Below are positions 1 through 13,587 of a DNA stretch of 64,000 bases, in pieces. The notes beneath the pieces are model-generated. The model searched no databases, was not told the DNA's origin, and saw only the letters and a program-made list of their open reading frames with translations. Each line of letters begins with the position of its first letter. The stretch's first letter is position 1. The stretch covers positions 12,400,001-12,464,000 of the forward strand of contig CM075982.1 in the NCBI GenBank assembly GCA_038087875.1. Reading direction: 5' to 3'. The stretch comes from Malacoraja senta (lineage: Eukaryota). Made by a program: the position numbers and the translations under genes.

Positions 1-1360
1 TGAGAGGAAATTTGATCTACAAACTCTTGACTGATTTACATGGGATAAATGGAGAAAAAATATTCCCATTAGTGGAGGGATCAAGGACCAAAAGATATGG
101 ATTTCAAAGTTCCAAGACATGAGGAACTTGTTTTTATAACATAACAAGAAATTAATTGAAAACAAGGTGGATGCAGATTCCTCTGTGGCTTTCAAAAGGC
201 AATTGATAAATACTTGAAGTAAAAGAAATTGCCAGGTTATATGGAGGAAAAAGGGGATTGGGTCGGTTTTAATTGCTCTTAAATAAAACAGCGCAGACTC
301 AATGGGCTAAATAATCTCCCATATTGTAATGATTAACCAAGCACAGCCTGCCACTGGCTACCCCACACGATCATACCTTTCTGCCTGTGTGACGGACTTG
401 TTTAACACAATCTTTGAGAATGTTCTGTCCCACAAGCAGAAAAGACAAGTAGCAGTGGTGATCTAACAGTCACAATGAGGGGGCTCTGGGAGCCTCCAGC
501 ATTAACATAACATTTCATGGCATGAGGTCCAATGCAGCCAAGTAAGCCTCCTGCTGGTAACCATCTTAACATCTCCCATCTTGCTATCCTGATCAATCAA
601 TACTCCACTCCGTAGAACATCTCTTGGCAGCAAAGGCCACCTAGTAAACTCAGAGTTGGGGACTTAAAGTATCCATTGATGGACATGGGTCAATAGAGTC
701 ACCACTAGCTAAAACATAAAAATGTTGCAAACACTGGCAGCACCTGTGGAAGAAGGAACGATTAACATTTTGGATTCAGGACCTTTCTTCAGAATTGGGA
801 GAGAAAGAAATACAAGTTTGGTTTTTCTTACTCTACTTAAAAACTAAAGTGCATTTCTCTCTTTTCTAGGGTGTTCAACCTGAAATGTTTCCAGTATTTT
901 CAGTTTTTGTCTGATTGTTTATGGATTAGCACTTTGCCTGCGCCTGGGTGATAATTAGGGTAGGACCTACAATTTTTGAGCTGGGTAGGAGAAAGACAGA
1001 ATCTAGATTTGCATCCATATTTCTGTCCATGCTCCATGGTTTAGATTTGAGCTTCCAGATGAGGGCTGAGTAAGAAAATCAATATGACAATCTATACATT
1101 TGCCATCAGCATTCACTGATTTACAATAACTACCTGTAGCTGGGGAACAACAACACAACGTGAGTCTTGAGAAAACATGCGTTAAGAGAAAAAATCAGTT
1201 CACAAATGTGGTTCAAAGTTCCAACAACAATAATTTATAGGTCTTGGATATCACTGTGTTTATTAACATATTTGAATGATATACAGACAAAGAGATACTG
1301 AGGGAGATCACTGTGTTCCTGGACTAGCAACGCAGAGACCCAGATTAATGAGCTGCCTAA

Positions 1361-1698
1361 TGGGCCTGTCCCATTTATGCGACTTTTTCGGCGACTACCG
1401 GTGACAATAGGTCGTTGCAGGTTGGAGAAAATTTTCAACATGTTGAAAATTCAGCGGCGACCAGAAAGACGCTATGACTCTTTGGGCGACTGAGGAGACT
1501 ACTCACGACCGTACAGGCGACACCCTGGCGACATGTCGTGGGGTGAAGCCTGTTTGGTCGTGAGTAGTCGCCCAAAGAGTCGTACCTTGTTCTGGTCGCC
1601 GCTGGATTTTCAACATGTTGAAAATTTTCAGTGACCTGTAACGACCTATGACGGGTGCCGGCAGTCACCGAAAAAGTCGAGTAAGTGGGACAGGCCCA
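1361..1698. mobile_element. PIF/Harbinger-type MITE, near-palindromic
   Basis: Terminal inverted repeats (TIRs) tgggcctgtccca / tgggacaggccca; TAA target duplication at 1358-1360 and 1699-1701; the internal halves are inverted copies. Confidence 0.8.
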
Positions 1699-2472
1699 TA
1701 AATCTCACTATGGCGGTTGCAGAACTCAATCTCGATTAATAAATTAAACTTGGAGTAAAAAAAGCTAGCATCAATAATGGCAACCTAAAAGCTCATGTCA
1801 TAAAACCCCATTTTGTTCACTAAGGTCTTTCAGGGAAGGACATCTGGCCAACTTGTCCATCCCAGACTATACGTGACTCCAGACCCACTAATGTCATCTG
1901 AGTTTTAACTGTCACATAGTTCCGGGGACCAGGGAAACATGGGCTCGTTAGTGATGTGCAAATTGATTGAAGCAAAAGGTATATTTACCAGGGGGTAAAA
2001 CAATTGGCGGCTTTGGTCTGATTATAAATTCTTTCCTGTCGTACGCAGCAAGGCTGCATCCCAGCCATACCCTAACAGCAGTGTGTAGAAAGCAACTCTG
2101 CTGCCAGAAAGCATAACCGTACAATAAGCAGTGCTTACAGTGCTCTTAACTCAGGTGCCATGTTTTGACCTGGAGTTAGCCCATAAATTGAATTTATTAG
2201 CTTCACACTGATGATCCCGAGCTTTTATTGGCAGAGGGGTCTTGCTCAGACATCTGCCGGTTTGCATCGCCCAGTTATACTCGGTAGTACTGTAAATATC
2301 TGGTACTGTATTAGGACCTGATCGAACTCTGGGCCTCAGATCTTCCACAGACTTGGGGCAGAGCTCATGGAGATCTATTCTGCAGAGCATAGTGTGTGTG
2401 TGTGTAAGTTTGGGGCCCTCTCTTGTTCAGCTACAGGATCGAAGTGTATAATGAGGTTGTTTTTCTTTCTAG

Positions 2473-2976
2473 GAAATCACTGATACATTTTTGGCTGGTC
2501 AGGTGTCGCTGGAGAGCTACCTGCAGAAGTACCACAGGACGCGAAAGCTTTGCCATGTGAGAAAAACACAAGTGGAGAAGCTGCAAGAGGTGATAAGAAA
2601 GGACAAGCAGAGTCAGCGGCAGGGGTTGCCACAGAGGCCAGAACAGCGAGTGGCCTTGCACCATGCCCCTGCCAACCTGAGAAATGGACAAGTGGGTCAC
2701 GTGCTGCACCAGCGTCAGGGCTTCAGGCCTGCAATCGTCGTAACCCCGGAGACCAGCAGTCCCTTCCTTGCACCATCACCACTTCCTCAGAGCAGGAACC
2801 TGCCTCCGCTCAGCTTACGTGAGCACCAAGCTGCATCCCCGCAGCCTAACACTCCGTTTGCACCCCTGGCACTTCGCTCAGGCCTGCGCTTGCTGGGCCA
2901 GCTTCCAATATGGACTCCTCGGCCATTTAAGATCCAGCGGGAGTACCCGGTGCAGAAGCAGCCACCCTACCGATAG
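2473..2976 (+). CDS. VPS37D: VPS37D (ESCRT-I subunit), last coding exon
   Basis: Polypyrimidine acceptor ttttctttctAG at 2472. EITDTFLAGQVSLESYLQKYHRTRKLCHVRKTQVEKLQEVIR matches the end of the VPS37 Mod(r) domain, followed by a Pro-rich tail and TAG. Tail-to-tail with DNAJC30 as in human. Confidence 0.8.
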   Translation, partial: EITDTFLAGQVSLESYLQKYHRTRKLCHVRKTQVEKLQEVIRKDKQSQRQGLPQRPEQRVALHHAPANLRNGQVGHVLHQRQGFRPAIVVTPETSSPFLAPSPLPQSRNLPPLSLREHQAASPQPNTPFAPLALRSGLRLLGQLPIWTPRPFKIQREYPVQKQPPYR

Positions 2977-3105
2977 GAGCAGGCACGGGCCTTCCAAATC
3001 TAGCTCTGTGCAAACCACTGCAGGTGGGGAACAACAGAAGAACGCATTGTGGACAAAACTGCACCCAAAATATCTCGTCGGGAAAGGAAGGAGAGAAGAG
3101 AGTGA

Positions 3106-3243
3106 AGGTAGACACAAAATGCTGTCTCGACCCGAAACGTCACCCATTCCTTCTCTCCAGAGTTGCTGCCTATCCCGCTGAGTTACTCCAACATTTTGTG
3201 TCTACCTTCGATTTAAACCAGCATCTGCAGTTCTTTCCTACAC
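3106..3243 (+). mobile_element. short Penelope-derived terminal repeat fragment in the VPS37D 3' region
   Basis: cgacccgaaacgtcacccattcc...ctgcagttc motif; 10-bp flanking direct repeat aagagagtga (3096-3105, 3244-3253). Confidence 0.7.
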
Positions 3244-6141
3244 AAGAGAGTGAGTGATTTATGTGGAAGACTGTCTTTGAAGGAGGGTCAAGACGGGATC
3301 TCGGATAGCTCCTGAGCATGTTTGTAAAACAAAAGGTGGAAATCCTGTGCGATACTGAGCAAGAGTTGTCAAAAGGATTGGCACCATCTGACTAAACGAC
3401 TGTCTCTTCATGACTAGTTAATTCTAGGATTTGCCATGAAGAAATATTTCAAACTCCCATTTTACAACAATGGATTTTTCTACTTTTATTTTCCGAGGAT
3501 TATTCTCTACGAATGTATCGACTTTCCATGAGAACCACACTAACTGGCCTGGAATGTACGTCATGAATGCGTGTGCAAGACTTGATGAATGTTTCTATTA
3601 TATATTTCCTGATGCAGCCAGTGAAATGAGTAGCTCTAAAATGAAGGTCTGTCTGATTTTAACCTACTTTGCACAGAGGTATGAATGTCTAAAGATGACT
3701 ACACCATAGAAATTGGGCTCCCTCCCTTAGATCCAATTGGATCAATTTTGTTGCAGCTCAGTTCTGAATGGGACTGGAACTGCTCCGGGTTACAGCTGGT
3801 GAGTTTGTGTGGACTCTCAAATGGTATCCTAAATGAAACAACACAAATATTGTCAGAAAACAAAATCAAGCCCAACTTTTTCATGCAATCTCTGGCAATC
3901 GATTAGATGATGGGGAATTCCTCCTGAGTGCATCACAATGGGTGGTTTCTTATCTTTGAACTGACCAACCTAGTACGAGGGCGGCTCTCTGTGTTTGGGA
4001 GTAAGTGGCTATCAGTAAATGTTCATTTTGTACCTGGTGCTGCGAAGGTAAATAGGTGACATAAATGCCTCCAATGTACATTCTGCATTTACACTCATCT
4101 CATGTACAAACACAACAAAATCCATCTGACCTTGCATGATTTGCCATAATTCTTCTTAAAGACCCTGCTCTTCCATCTGTTTTGGCAATTTCTGGTTCAT
4201 TGTCAATTTCTGGTTCATTGTCAAACAGAAAAGTTGAAAACCTGCAGCTTTTAAGTATCACTTAGTTGTCCAACAAACAAAACTGAAAATTAGTGTTATT
4301 TCCTGATCTACAATGATCCATAATCTAATCGAGGAAGTATTCACCAAATGTAAATGTTACTCTTGGTTTCAAAACCTTCTATAAAAAATAGAAATCAAGT
4401 CACTGACATGAAATTTGGAAGCATTTACAATTCCACTTGTGAATGACTTCAACCAATTACAAGAGACAACCCTGACCTGCTTTGGCATATTTACATTAGT
4501 ACTGGGAAGGAGATGGGCCAAATTAGTAGTCAGATCTCACACTGGTGCTTCACACACCAAATTGCTTTGAAAAATGCCACACAAGGTCTACTAGTTCATC
4601 CAAATCTAAATAAAATTAAGCCACTCATTAAGTTTACAGCCAGTTTCAGACCTGTTTTGCTTCTGTATGGAATTAATAACTTGAACAATTACATTTATGT
4701 GGCTACTCTGCAGCTCTGTACCAGCTAGTGTAGGTTTAAAGTGTATGGGTATCATGGTTCCTCCTGGTTTGGTGATGTACTCCCAAGTTATTCTCACTGG
4801 TTGCAGCAGTTATATACATTTCATAGACAAGATCTGTATATGATATCTTTACTCTTTAGTAAAGGGCTGCAGGGTTCCAGGAAACAGGATTTCAATATAT
4901 TAAATAACCTCATCCTTGAGTACGAAAGGGCACAGAGGCTAAAGGAGCAGCCAGCTTGAATTTAGAACTACTAAGTCACGATCCATTAATCCTCTGGAAT
5001 TCTTTGAGGAAGGAATTATCGAACTGAACTGAAATGGAAATATAATAGATTTAGAATGTTAGTTGTTTGGTGATGTGAGACTGTTCGTTGTAGATACGCA
5101 GCATGGAACAAATAGGATATGAGCTTTGGAATAAAATGGTAAGAAATGGAAGATGCTGGGTTTTTGAATGGAGAAGCTTCTCTGGAAATAGTCGTATATA
5201 CACGATGGTGTACAATGGATGCAATTTGATTGCAGTATTCTTCCTATAGGTTTCTGACACTTGCAGCTGACATCAAGTTAACAAGTATCAGGGAGATAAA
5301 TAGCCTTCAGAAAGATTGGGAGCACTTCGAACAGATGGACCAATTGTTTTCAGTCAAATGGGTAGTTTGCTATTTAATTATTTTGTCTCCCATTTTTGAA
5401 CATCCCCAGTTACCAAATCTTACACTGACTATTATATTCATTGGATAGCGCATTTTCTTGCAATCTTTATTCATTACTTCTCAGACTCTTTGAGTGTGAA
5501 CTGGTTCTTACTGCCCTCAAATCCTATTTCTATGTTTGGCAGGTGGATTTCAATACAGATTTACCACTGACGACCTGTGGACCAATACTGAAAAAAAGCT
5601 AAGCAATAAAATGTTAAGATCAGAGTAACATGTGTTACACAGCAGCAAAGCTGGAATTCAGATTACATTTGTGGGAATCCACAAAGAAATCTTAGTTTAA
5701 AAAAAAGACAGACACAAGAGACTGCAGTTGCTGGAATCTTCAGTAAAGAGGAAATTGCCGGAGTAACTTATTAGTCCAGCAGCATCAATGGAGGGAAAGA
5801 GGCAGACTACATTTTGGAATGAAACTAAATCTTATCTGTCCATTTACATCCACAGATGCTGCGTGACGTTACTCCAGCAGTTTGCTTTTTACTTTTGAAA
5901 AAAAAAAACAATTTTCCCTTAAAACTTGGATACAATGCTTTTCTTTGTGCAGTCATCTGACAGCACTGCCAATTAACTCTCTGTGCACCCCTCATATGCT
6001 CAAAAGAAAAAAGTTCCAGCTTATCCAACTTCAACCCTGCAAGTTAGGTAACATCCTGGTGAATCTCTTCTGCACCCTTTCCAACTTGATGACATCCTTC
6101 CAGCTTCCTGCATCATGTTGTCCCAACTTTTGTACTTGATA

Positions 6142-7320
6142 TCGCAGTGGATTCTCTCCTCCGCCGAGCGGAGTTGGACCTTACCCTTAATAACTTTTCG
6201 TTTGACTCCTCCCGTTTCCTCCAAACACAAGGCGTAGCTATGGGCACGGGAATGGGCCCCAGCTATGCCAGCCTCTTTGTGGGTTACGTCGAACAATCCT
6301 TGTTCGAGACGTACCAGGGCCCCATCCCCGACCTCTACCTCCGCTACATCGACGATTGCATTGGTGCTACCTCCTGCACCCACACACAACTCACTAACTT
6401 CATCAACTTCGCCACTAACTTCCATCCGGCACTCAAATACACCTGGACCACTTCCGACACTTGCCTACCATTTCTTGACCTCACTATCTAGACTACACTT
6501 CTTCCCACCCTGCTTCCTGTAAGGACTCCATCCCCTACTCCCAATTCCTCCGTCTATGCCGCATCTGCTCCCAGGTTGAGGTGTTCCACACCAGGGCATC
6601 GGAAATGTCCTCATTCTTCAGGGAACGGGGTTCCCCTCCCTTACCATAGATGAGGCTCTCACCAGGGTCTCTTCGATACCCCGCAACACTGCTCTCTCTC
6701 CCCATCCCCCCACTCGGAACAAGGGCAGAGTCCCCCTAGTCCTCACCTTCCACCCCCTAGTCCTCACCTTCCACCCCACTCCCTGGTCAATTCTTCCCTT
6801 CCCACCCGCACCACCCCCTCCCCGGGCACTTTCCCTTGCAACGGCAAGAGATGCTACACGTGTCGCTTTACCTCCCCCCTCGACTCCATTCAAGGACCCA
6901 AGCAGTCGTTCCAGGTGCGACAGAGGTTCACCTGCACTCCTCCAACCTCATCTATTGCATCCGCTGCTCTAGGTGTCAGCTGATCTACATCGGTGAGACC
7001 AAGCGCAGCACTTCAACTCCCATCCTTTCTGTACTGGGCCTCCTCCATTGCCAGAGTGAGCACCACCGGAAATTGGAGGAGCAGCACCTCATATTCCGCT
7101 TGGGCAGTCTGCACCCCAGTGGCCTGAACATTCTCCAATTTCCGGTAGCCCTTGCTGTCTCCTCCCCTTCTCAGCTCTCCCTCAGCCCTCTGGCTCCTCC
7201 TCTTCCTTTCTTCTCCCCCCCCCCCCCCCACCCTGCATCAGTCTGAAGAAGGGTTTCGGCCCGAAACGTTGCCTATTTCCTTCGCTCCATAGATGCTGCC
7301 GAACCCGCTGAGTTTCTCCA
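6142..7320 (+). mobile_element. Penelope-like retroelement (RT plus GIY-YIG fragments, 3' terminal repeat)
   Basis: FLQTQGVAMGTGMGPSYA...YLRYIDD (RT); NLIYCIRCSRCQLIYIGETKR (GIY-YIG); frameshifted; 16-bp duplication at 6126-6141 and 7335-7350. Confidence 0.9.
7243..7270 (+). ncRNA. minimal type I hammerhead ribozyme motif in the Penelope terminal repeat
   Basis: CUGAAGA-A-GGGU(UUCG)GCCC-GAAAC-GUU; helix I is weak. Confidence 0.6.
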
Positions 7321-8289
7321 AAGGGTATCAAGCTACTTTTGTACTTGATACCCTTCCCTATGAAAGCTAGCATGCCAAATGGCTTCTTCACCACACTATC
7401 CACTTGATTCCCTGCTCTCAGGGAACCAAAATGATTGATATTATGTTGTAAACTTAGATATCTTTCTTCATTGTCCAATGTACCACTAATTTTGGTGTCA
7501 CAAATTTACGAACAATGTTAACTACATGTCATCCAAATTGTTAATGTCAATAACAAACAGCAGTATACCCAGCACCGAAACCGCTGCAGCACTCCACTAG
7601 TTACATGCCTCCAATCAGAAAAACAACCTTTCACTACAAGCCTTTGACTTCTTCTAAGCCTATTTTGAATCCAATTGTCTAGCTCACCTTGGATCACCAT
7701 GTGGGGCCTTCTCAAAGTTGTCCATCCAGACAACGTCCACAGCCCTGTCCTCATTGATCCTCTTGGTGACCTCTTCAAAATTCCATGCTGAATATTCTTA
7801 GTGATTCTGAGTCTATTCAAATGCTGGTAAATATTGTCTCTAAGAATCCCCTTCAACAACTTTCCCACCATTGACATCATGTTTGCCGCCTGTAGTTCCT
7901 TGGCTTGTCCTTACTGCCCTTCTTAAATAATGGAACACCATTAGTCACCCTGCAGTCTTCAGGAACTCCCCTGTGGCGAATGATAATGCAAATATTTCTG
8001 CAAGGACCTCCACTATCTCCTCCTTAGCTTCCCACAGGAACTGAGGGTGTACCTGGTCAGATCCTGGGGATTTATCCACCTTAATGCCCATTAAAACCAC
8101 CAATACCTCCTCTTTGGTCATTCGTATCTGAACTAAGACATCATAACTATTGTGCCTCAATTCCTGAGCTTCTAAGATCTTCTCCTCAATAAAAACGGAC
8201 GAGAAGTATTTATTTAATATCTCCTCCATCTCTTGTAACTCTACACAAAGACACCCCTGTAATCTTTAAGGGGACCTATTCTTTCCCAA

Positions 8290-10450
8290 GCCACCTTTTT
8301 GAAATACCTGTAGAATCCCTTTGAAGAAGCCATTTGGCATGCAGCTTCTCGAGATTGAGGACGGCTTGTTTTCTTGCTTTGCAACTTCTGAAGAGGCTAA
8401 AGTGAGATCCAGAAGTTGTGCCACGGTGGGGAAGGAGGTGCTTGATAAAGTCAATGGGTTGATATTTTGGGACATCGAGCGCTCTGCCCATCATTTTTGC
8501 TGAGGTTCTATGTGCTCGCGATGGAGGAAATCCAAGATTGGTGGTGGGAGCCCAGATGCTCCTTCGCCATTTCAGGTGGTCATTGGTCAAGGATTTCTAT
8601 GAGATGGCGGAGATGGTACATTTGTTCAAGGAAGCTTTGAGAACTGCCTTTAAGTATTTTTCCCTGTCCTTCCAGCAATCTCTTGCTGTAATAGATCTTT
8701 GATATGCTATTTAAGAAAGCTGCTTATATAGCCCCACATTCAGAGCTGGCTGAGCATTATTGGAGGAAGCTGGAGATGTTGGCCTGGAAGAGGACACTGA
8801 CATTATTTATTCCGCCAATGGATTTGAATGATTTTTGCACAAAGACATTGATAGTATCTCCCCAGTGCTTTAAGGTATTATCGTAGGTAAACCATGTTTG
8901 TGAAGCATACCAGAGCATGGGAATCACTGCTGACTCATAGATCATCACCGTTGCGCCAAGTTTGAGATCTTGAGCTTTGATCGCTCTTTTCCTCAGAAAC
9001 CCAAAGGCTCTGCTGGTGCAGTAGAAAGAGAAGTGAACATTTTCATAAAGGCTTCTCTTTGCAGAGCGGGATTTCTGAGATTTGGGAAAGAGCCACCTTT
9101 TCCAAGGTTTCTTCATGGACCCATATTGTCAGGGGGTAGTGTTGTGAGAGGATGTCAAGTACAATGTCGATACTCTGGATTGTTTTAATGGATTGAACCT
9201 TGGCCTCTCAATGTATATCAGCAAGAATTGTCAGTGCATTGCAGCTCACTCGTTGTGATTGAGGTTGGAATGACCTTGGCTCTGGAATGAAGGTGACATT
9301 GGTTGAATGGTTCCCCAATATATGATCATACAAAAATGAGTAGGGGTTTGGAGCAATAACAAAGTCTTGACCCCGGTCTTCGAATGACCTGTTGCTTAGA
9401 ATTATCGCTTGCTTGCTGTCATTTAGCAGATGAAGAATGGAAATTATATATTTTGAGGGCAGATGATTTTGAAAGGGATAATCCACAGTCTTGCAGTTGA
9501 TGATCATTTGATATGCTGTAAACTATGAACTGAGATCCGAGATGTGGTATTGCACTGGAGAAGTCTTTCTCAGTCAGCATGGACAAATGGCCAAAGAGCC
9601 TCATTCGAAGCCATTAATTTCTATAATTCCATCAGTTCTTTTGAACCTGTGCCAGCTCTCTGTAACCTTGATGATCTTAACATAATTTCCATTCCTCTGG
9701 GCAATGTGTAAACATACATACCCAAGTATCATTGCAAGGGTTGCTATGGTAATTGTAACTGCTTAAATCTGTGTGAGTAGTTAGAGTAGCTTGCTATTAA
9801 CATGGAAGTGATTTCTCTGAAATTCAAGTCACATTCTTGCTTACCATGGTTCCAGATAGCAACAGTGACTCAAAAGTAATTTATTGGTTGTGAAAAGTAA
9901 TATTATTACTCTCCATAGCCTTGGAATGTCCTTGGGTAAAAGTCACCAAATGTATGTTCTATTTCTTGCTCTTCAAAAGGTTTGCACGGTTCTTCATGAT
10001 CCAGCGATGACACAATTCTTTGCTTTATTCTCCATTTCTGTGGTCGATTCCTTTTGCACACAACTACCAAATGGGGCCTTTCATTCCAGTTTGGCCCAAC
10101 ATCTCATATCACCAATCCCACTATTGTAAGGGCCGTTGCCACTTTCTCATGTTACCTTGTCCAACACATTTCTTTACACTTGTCCATGCTTTGGAAGGCC
10201 AGTGCCTCACTTACAGGACACCACTGGAACAATTTCCAGGAGCTCCTCCTGTCCCATGCCCTTGATGCACTCTTGTCCCACCTTTTTGCAACCTTACCTG
10301 ATCCAAGCTTCTCAAAACTCTTCCATACCCAAGTTGTGTGGTTCATTTTTACTTCAACCTCTTTGTCATTATTGTTCAGCTCTCCATGCAGGCAAATAAA
10401 CTTCCGAGGCAGATTTCAGAGTGAGAAGCTGTGAAAGAAATGGGATTTTG
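8290..10450 (-). mobile_element. decayed RTE-clade LINE
   Basis: RAFGFLRKR...MIYESAVIPMLWYASQTW resembles the RTE ORF2 C-terminal region; many stops and frameshifts; boundaries approximate. Confidence 0.6.
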
Positions 10451-11619
10451 ATATTCCGCGTAAGCACTGTGAAGAGAAAAGGGCATCTTGTGCAGGGGTC
10501 TAAGTGGGGATATTGCAGGGTCACTGGCAGTGGGCGCCATCACATCAGAAGCACCAGTATTGGGGTGATTTTGTTTTCTAAGAATGATGATGAAGAACAT
10601 CATGTACAGCACACCATTTTGTACATCGTGATTTCAATAAAAAATCTTTTTGCTAACAGAAATTCAGCCGCCATGTTTTAATTGTTAGGAATCTGAATGC
10701 CTTTTCTCACTGCATTAAAATGATGAATTTTAGCCTGAAGATTGGAATTTTTATTTGTCTAAAAAGGTTAGATTGCTAAAGACGGCATATCAGTTATTGA
10801 TTCTATTCATAACACTTGATATAACAGAATTATTACATCACCCACAATTTTAGTTAAGACCCCTATTAAAAAAGTTTAAATAAATAGGGTAAATCCTCTG
10901 TGAAAAGAGCAAAGGAATGATACAGGAATGTGTGTTATGTTCAGGCAAAATGTGCTAAAACATCAATTGGCTCTGTTTCACTAATTAGTAAGAATAAGAG
11001 GTTCCAAGAAATTCTCATTCTCATCCACACTGGAGCTTATTAGATAATTGTAAAAGACGAGGCTGAATGTTTGCAACCAAGAGCTGCAGACTTGATCCAC
11101 ATCAGTCCCCTGCTGAAGTCTCCACCATTACTCTTCTGACCAATTCTGTACCAATTTAGAAGCACTGATTACAGCAAAGGCCAAGGCCCCCAATGGCATT
11201 GCTGATGTAATACTGATGACTTGTTCCACAAGTGGCTCTCCCCCAATGGCACATGCATGTTGGGACATGAATGTCAGCTCGTCAAGGAGAGCTGGAAAAC
11301 TGCTCATGTATCTGCAGCAAAACACCTGTCCCAAAGGTGTTTCAGTCTTCCAATAATTTCTATCATGTTTCAGATTTTAAAGCAAATTAGTGCTATAACC
11401 ATAAGATGGTTTATCCACCTTCCAAATCAGGTAAGTGTTCATAGGTGCAGATTGTACATTCTTACTGTCAATGCTTGAACTGATTTGAATGGGATATATG
11501 TTTAAGGAGCTAAATATTGTACAAGTGTTGCAATCTACATCAGATGGGTGTGTTGATGACACTGGCTGCTGGGAGTTCTTGACTGCTGAGCAGTTGACTT
11601 CCTGAGACTCACCCCTTCA

Positions 11620-11929
11620 GCACAGTGGCACAGCAGTAAAGTTGCTGCCTTACAGCGCCAGAGACCTGGGCTCGATCCTGACTACAGGTGCTGTCTGTAC
11701 GATGTTTGTACATTGTCCCTGTGACCGTGTGGGTTTCCTCCGGGTGCTCCGGTTTCTGCCCATATCCAAAAGACGTACAGGTTTGTAGGTTAATTGGCTC
11801 CGGTAAAACTGTAAATTGTGCCCAGTGTGTAGGATAATGTTCGTATATGGGGTGACGTTATGGTCGGCATGGACTCAGTGGACTGAAGGGTCTGTTTCCG
11901 CGATGTATCTCTGAACTAAACTAAACTAA
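11620..11929 (+). mobile_element. tRNA-derived V-SINE (HE1-like)
   Basis: A/B-box-like head, V-domain gggtttcctccgggtgctccggtttc, (taaac)n tail. Confidence 0.85.
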
Positions 11930-12029
11930 GCTATATCAGCAATCAAATAAATATTAATGTTCATGGATCTGAAGCTAGAGCAACCATAGATTTAAGCCAA
12001 AGTACTTAAAAATGTTGAGATGTATTAGC

Positions 12030-12345
12030 GATGTTTCCACTAGTGGGAAAGTCTAGGACCAGAGGCCATTGCCTCAGAATAAAATGACGTACCTTTAGAA
12101 AGGAAATGAGGAGGAACTTCTTTAGTCAGATGGTGGTGAATCTGTGGAATTCATTACCACAGGTGGCTTTGGAGGCCGTCATTGGGTATTTTTAAAGCAG
12201 AGATTGACAGATTCTTAATTAGTAAGGGTGTCAAAGGTTATGGAGAGAAGGCAGCAAAATGGGGGTGAGAGGGACAAATAGATCAGCCATGATGGCAGAT
12301 TAGATTAAATGGGCCGAATGGCCTAATTCTGTTCCTATGATGTAT
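12030..12345 (+). mobile_element. CR1 LINE 3' end
   Basis: gtggtgaatctgtggaattc...gggccgaatggcctaattct, shared with the other CR1 copies. Confidence 0.8.
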
Positions 12346-13258
12346 GCACATGAACATGAAATTATTTACTGTAGTAAGACAAGAGAAGACAATGCTTTAT
12401 ATATCGCCTCTGCTGTAATAATGCAATTTTCAAATTGGTGCTTATATTAAAATAACTTAGAGGGGAATGTGGTAGGAATGCCACCTATCACTTTGAGTCT
12501 GCAGTGAAGGGAATGTGATTTAGCTGGTGCGGAGTTCAATATGGGGATATAATTGAATGACCACATATTTATTCCGTTTATTGAAAAGTCAAGTAATACT
12601 GAATGCTGAATTATAAAGGTTACAACAGGGTCAGAACTCACACAGTTCATAAACCTCCCACTGGATCGCCCACAATGATTGACCGCCAAGCGTTCCATCT
12701 TGTTCTGCAATTTCAGCCTGTTTGCTGTTGCCTGCATTCTCTTTACCTTTCCTATTGTTCCCAGGTGTAGGGTTGCTCCCATCATCTCTTCACTCAACAC
12801 CTAAAGTTCTAGTTCTGGTTTTGGCAGAGCTCTGCACTGAACAGAGAAGCAGGGTATTTAAAAATTCATGATGATATATTGCTGAATAAATAGTAATGAC
12901 TTGTAGAGTGTGAGTGTGTGAGATGGGAAGGTAATTTGTAACGAGAGAACTAGAGGTACTTGTATTGTAACTAAACATTCCAGATTAAGTTTCAGGTCTG
13001 AAAGGAGTGGCCTTATCATTTGGGTTCCTCTTAAAAACAACATGTTTCTTTAAAATATTACTAAATAAAGGCACTGGTTTATGCCATTCGGATGATCCAG
13101 AATCTGCTTAGTATGGTGGGAGTTGGATGTTACAAATGACCTCAGTAGTATTGGATGGTGATGAAGACATGTGACTTTCAGATCATTCCAGAACATTTAT
13201 CAGTCTTTTCATTGCTACCCATCGATTTCCATTCAATATCAAGAGACACAATATCAGA

Positions 13259-13587
13259 GGCACGGTGGCACAGCGGTAGAGTTGCTGCCTTACAGCACCT
13301 TACTGTGCCAGAGACCCAGGTTCGAACCCGGCTATGGGTGCTGTCTGTACGGAGTTTGTATGTTCTCCCCATGTGACCTGCGTGGTTATTCTCCAAGATC
13401 TTCGGTTTCCTCCCACACTCCAAGGATATATAGGTTTATACGTTAATTGCTTGGTATAAATGTAAATTGTCCCTAGAGTGTGTAGGATTGTGTTAATGTG
13501 CGGGGATCGCTGGTTGGTGCAGACTCAGTGGGCCGAAGGGCCTGTTTCTGTGCTGTATCTCTAAACTAAACTAAACTAAACCAAACT
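13259..13587 (+). mobile_element. tRNA-derived V-SINE (HE1-like)
   Basis: tggcacagcggtag A-box, ggttcgaaccc B-box, V-domain, (taaac)n tail. Confidence 0.85.

Larger units (their letters stand above)
5960..8290 (-). mobile_element. decayed CR1 LINE ORF2, interrupted by a Penelope element
   Basis: Minus-strand peptides EEILNKYFSSVF, KSPGSDQVHP, WRHVTSGVLQ and KGIKYKS...KDVIKLERVQKRFTRML. Confidence 0.8.

Noticed and set aside
2550-3181. Overlapping alternative-frame ORFs over the VPS37D exon
   Set aside because: No recognisable homology; they run into a TE
4186-4224. 18-bp tandem duplication (similar ones at 6730, 42194, 62443)
   Set aside because: Ordinary slippage duplications
11620-11690. 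tRNA-like A/B boxes (also at 13259 and 56300)
   Set aside because: SINE heads, not tRNA genes
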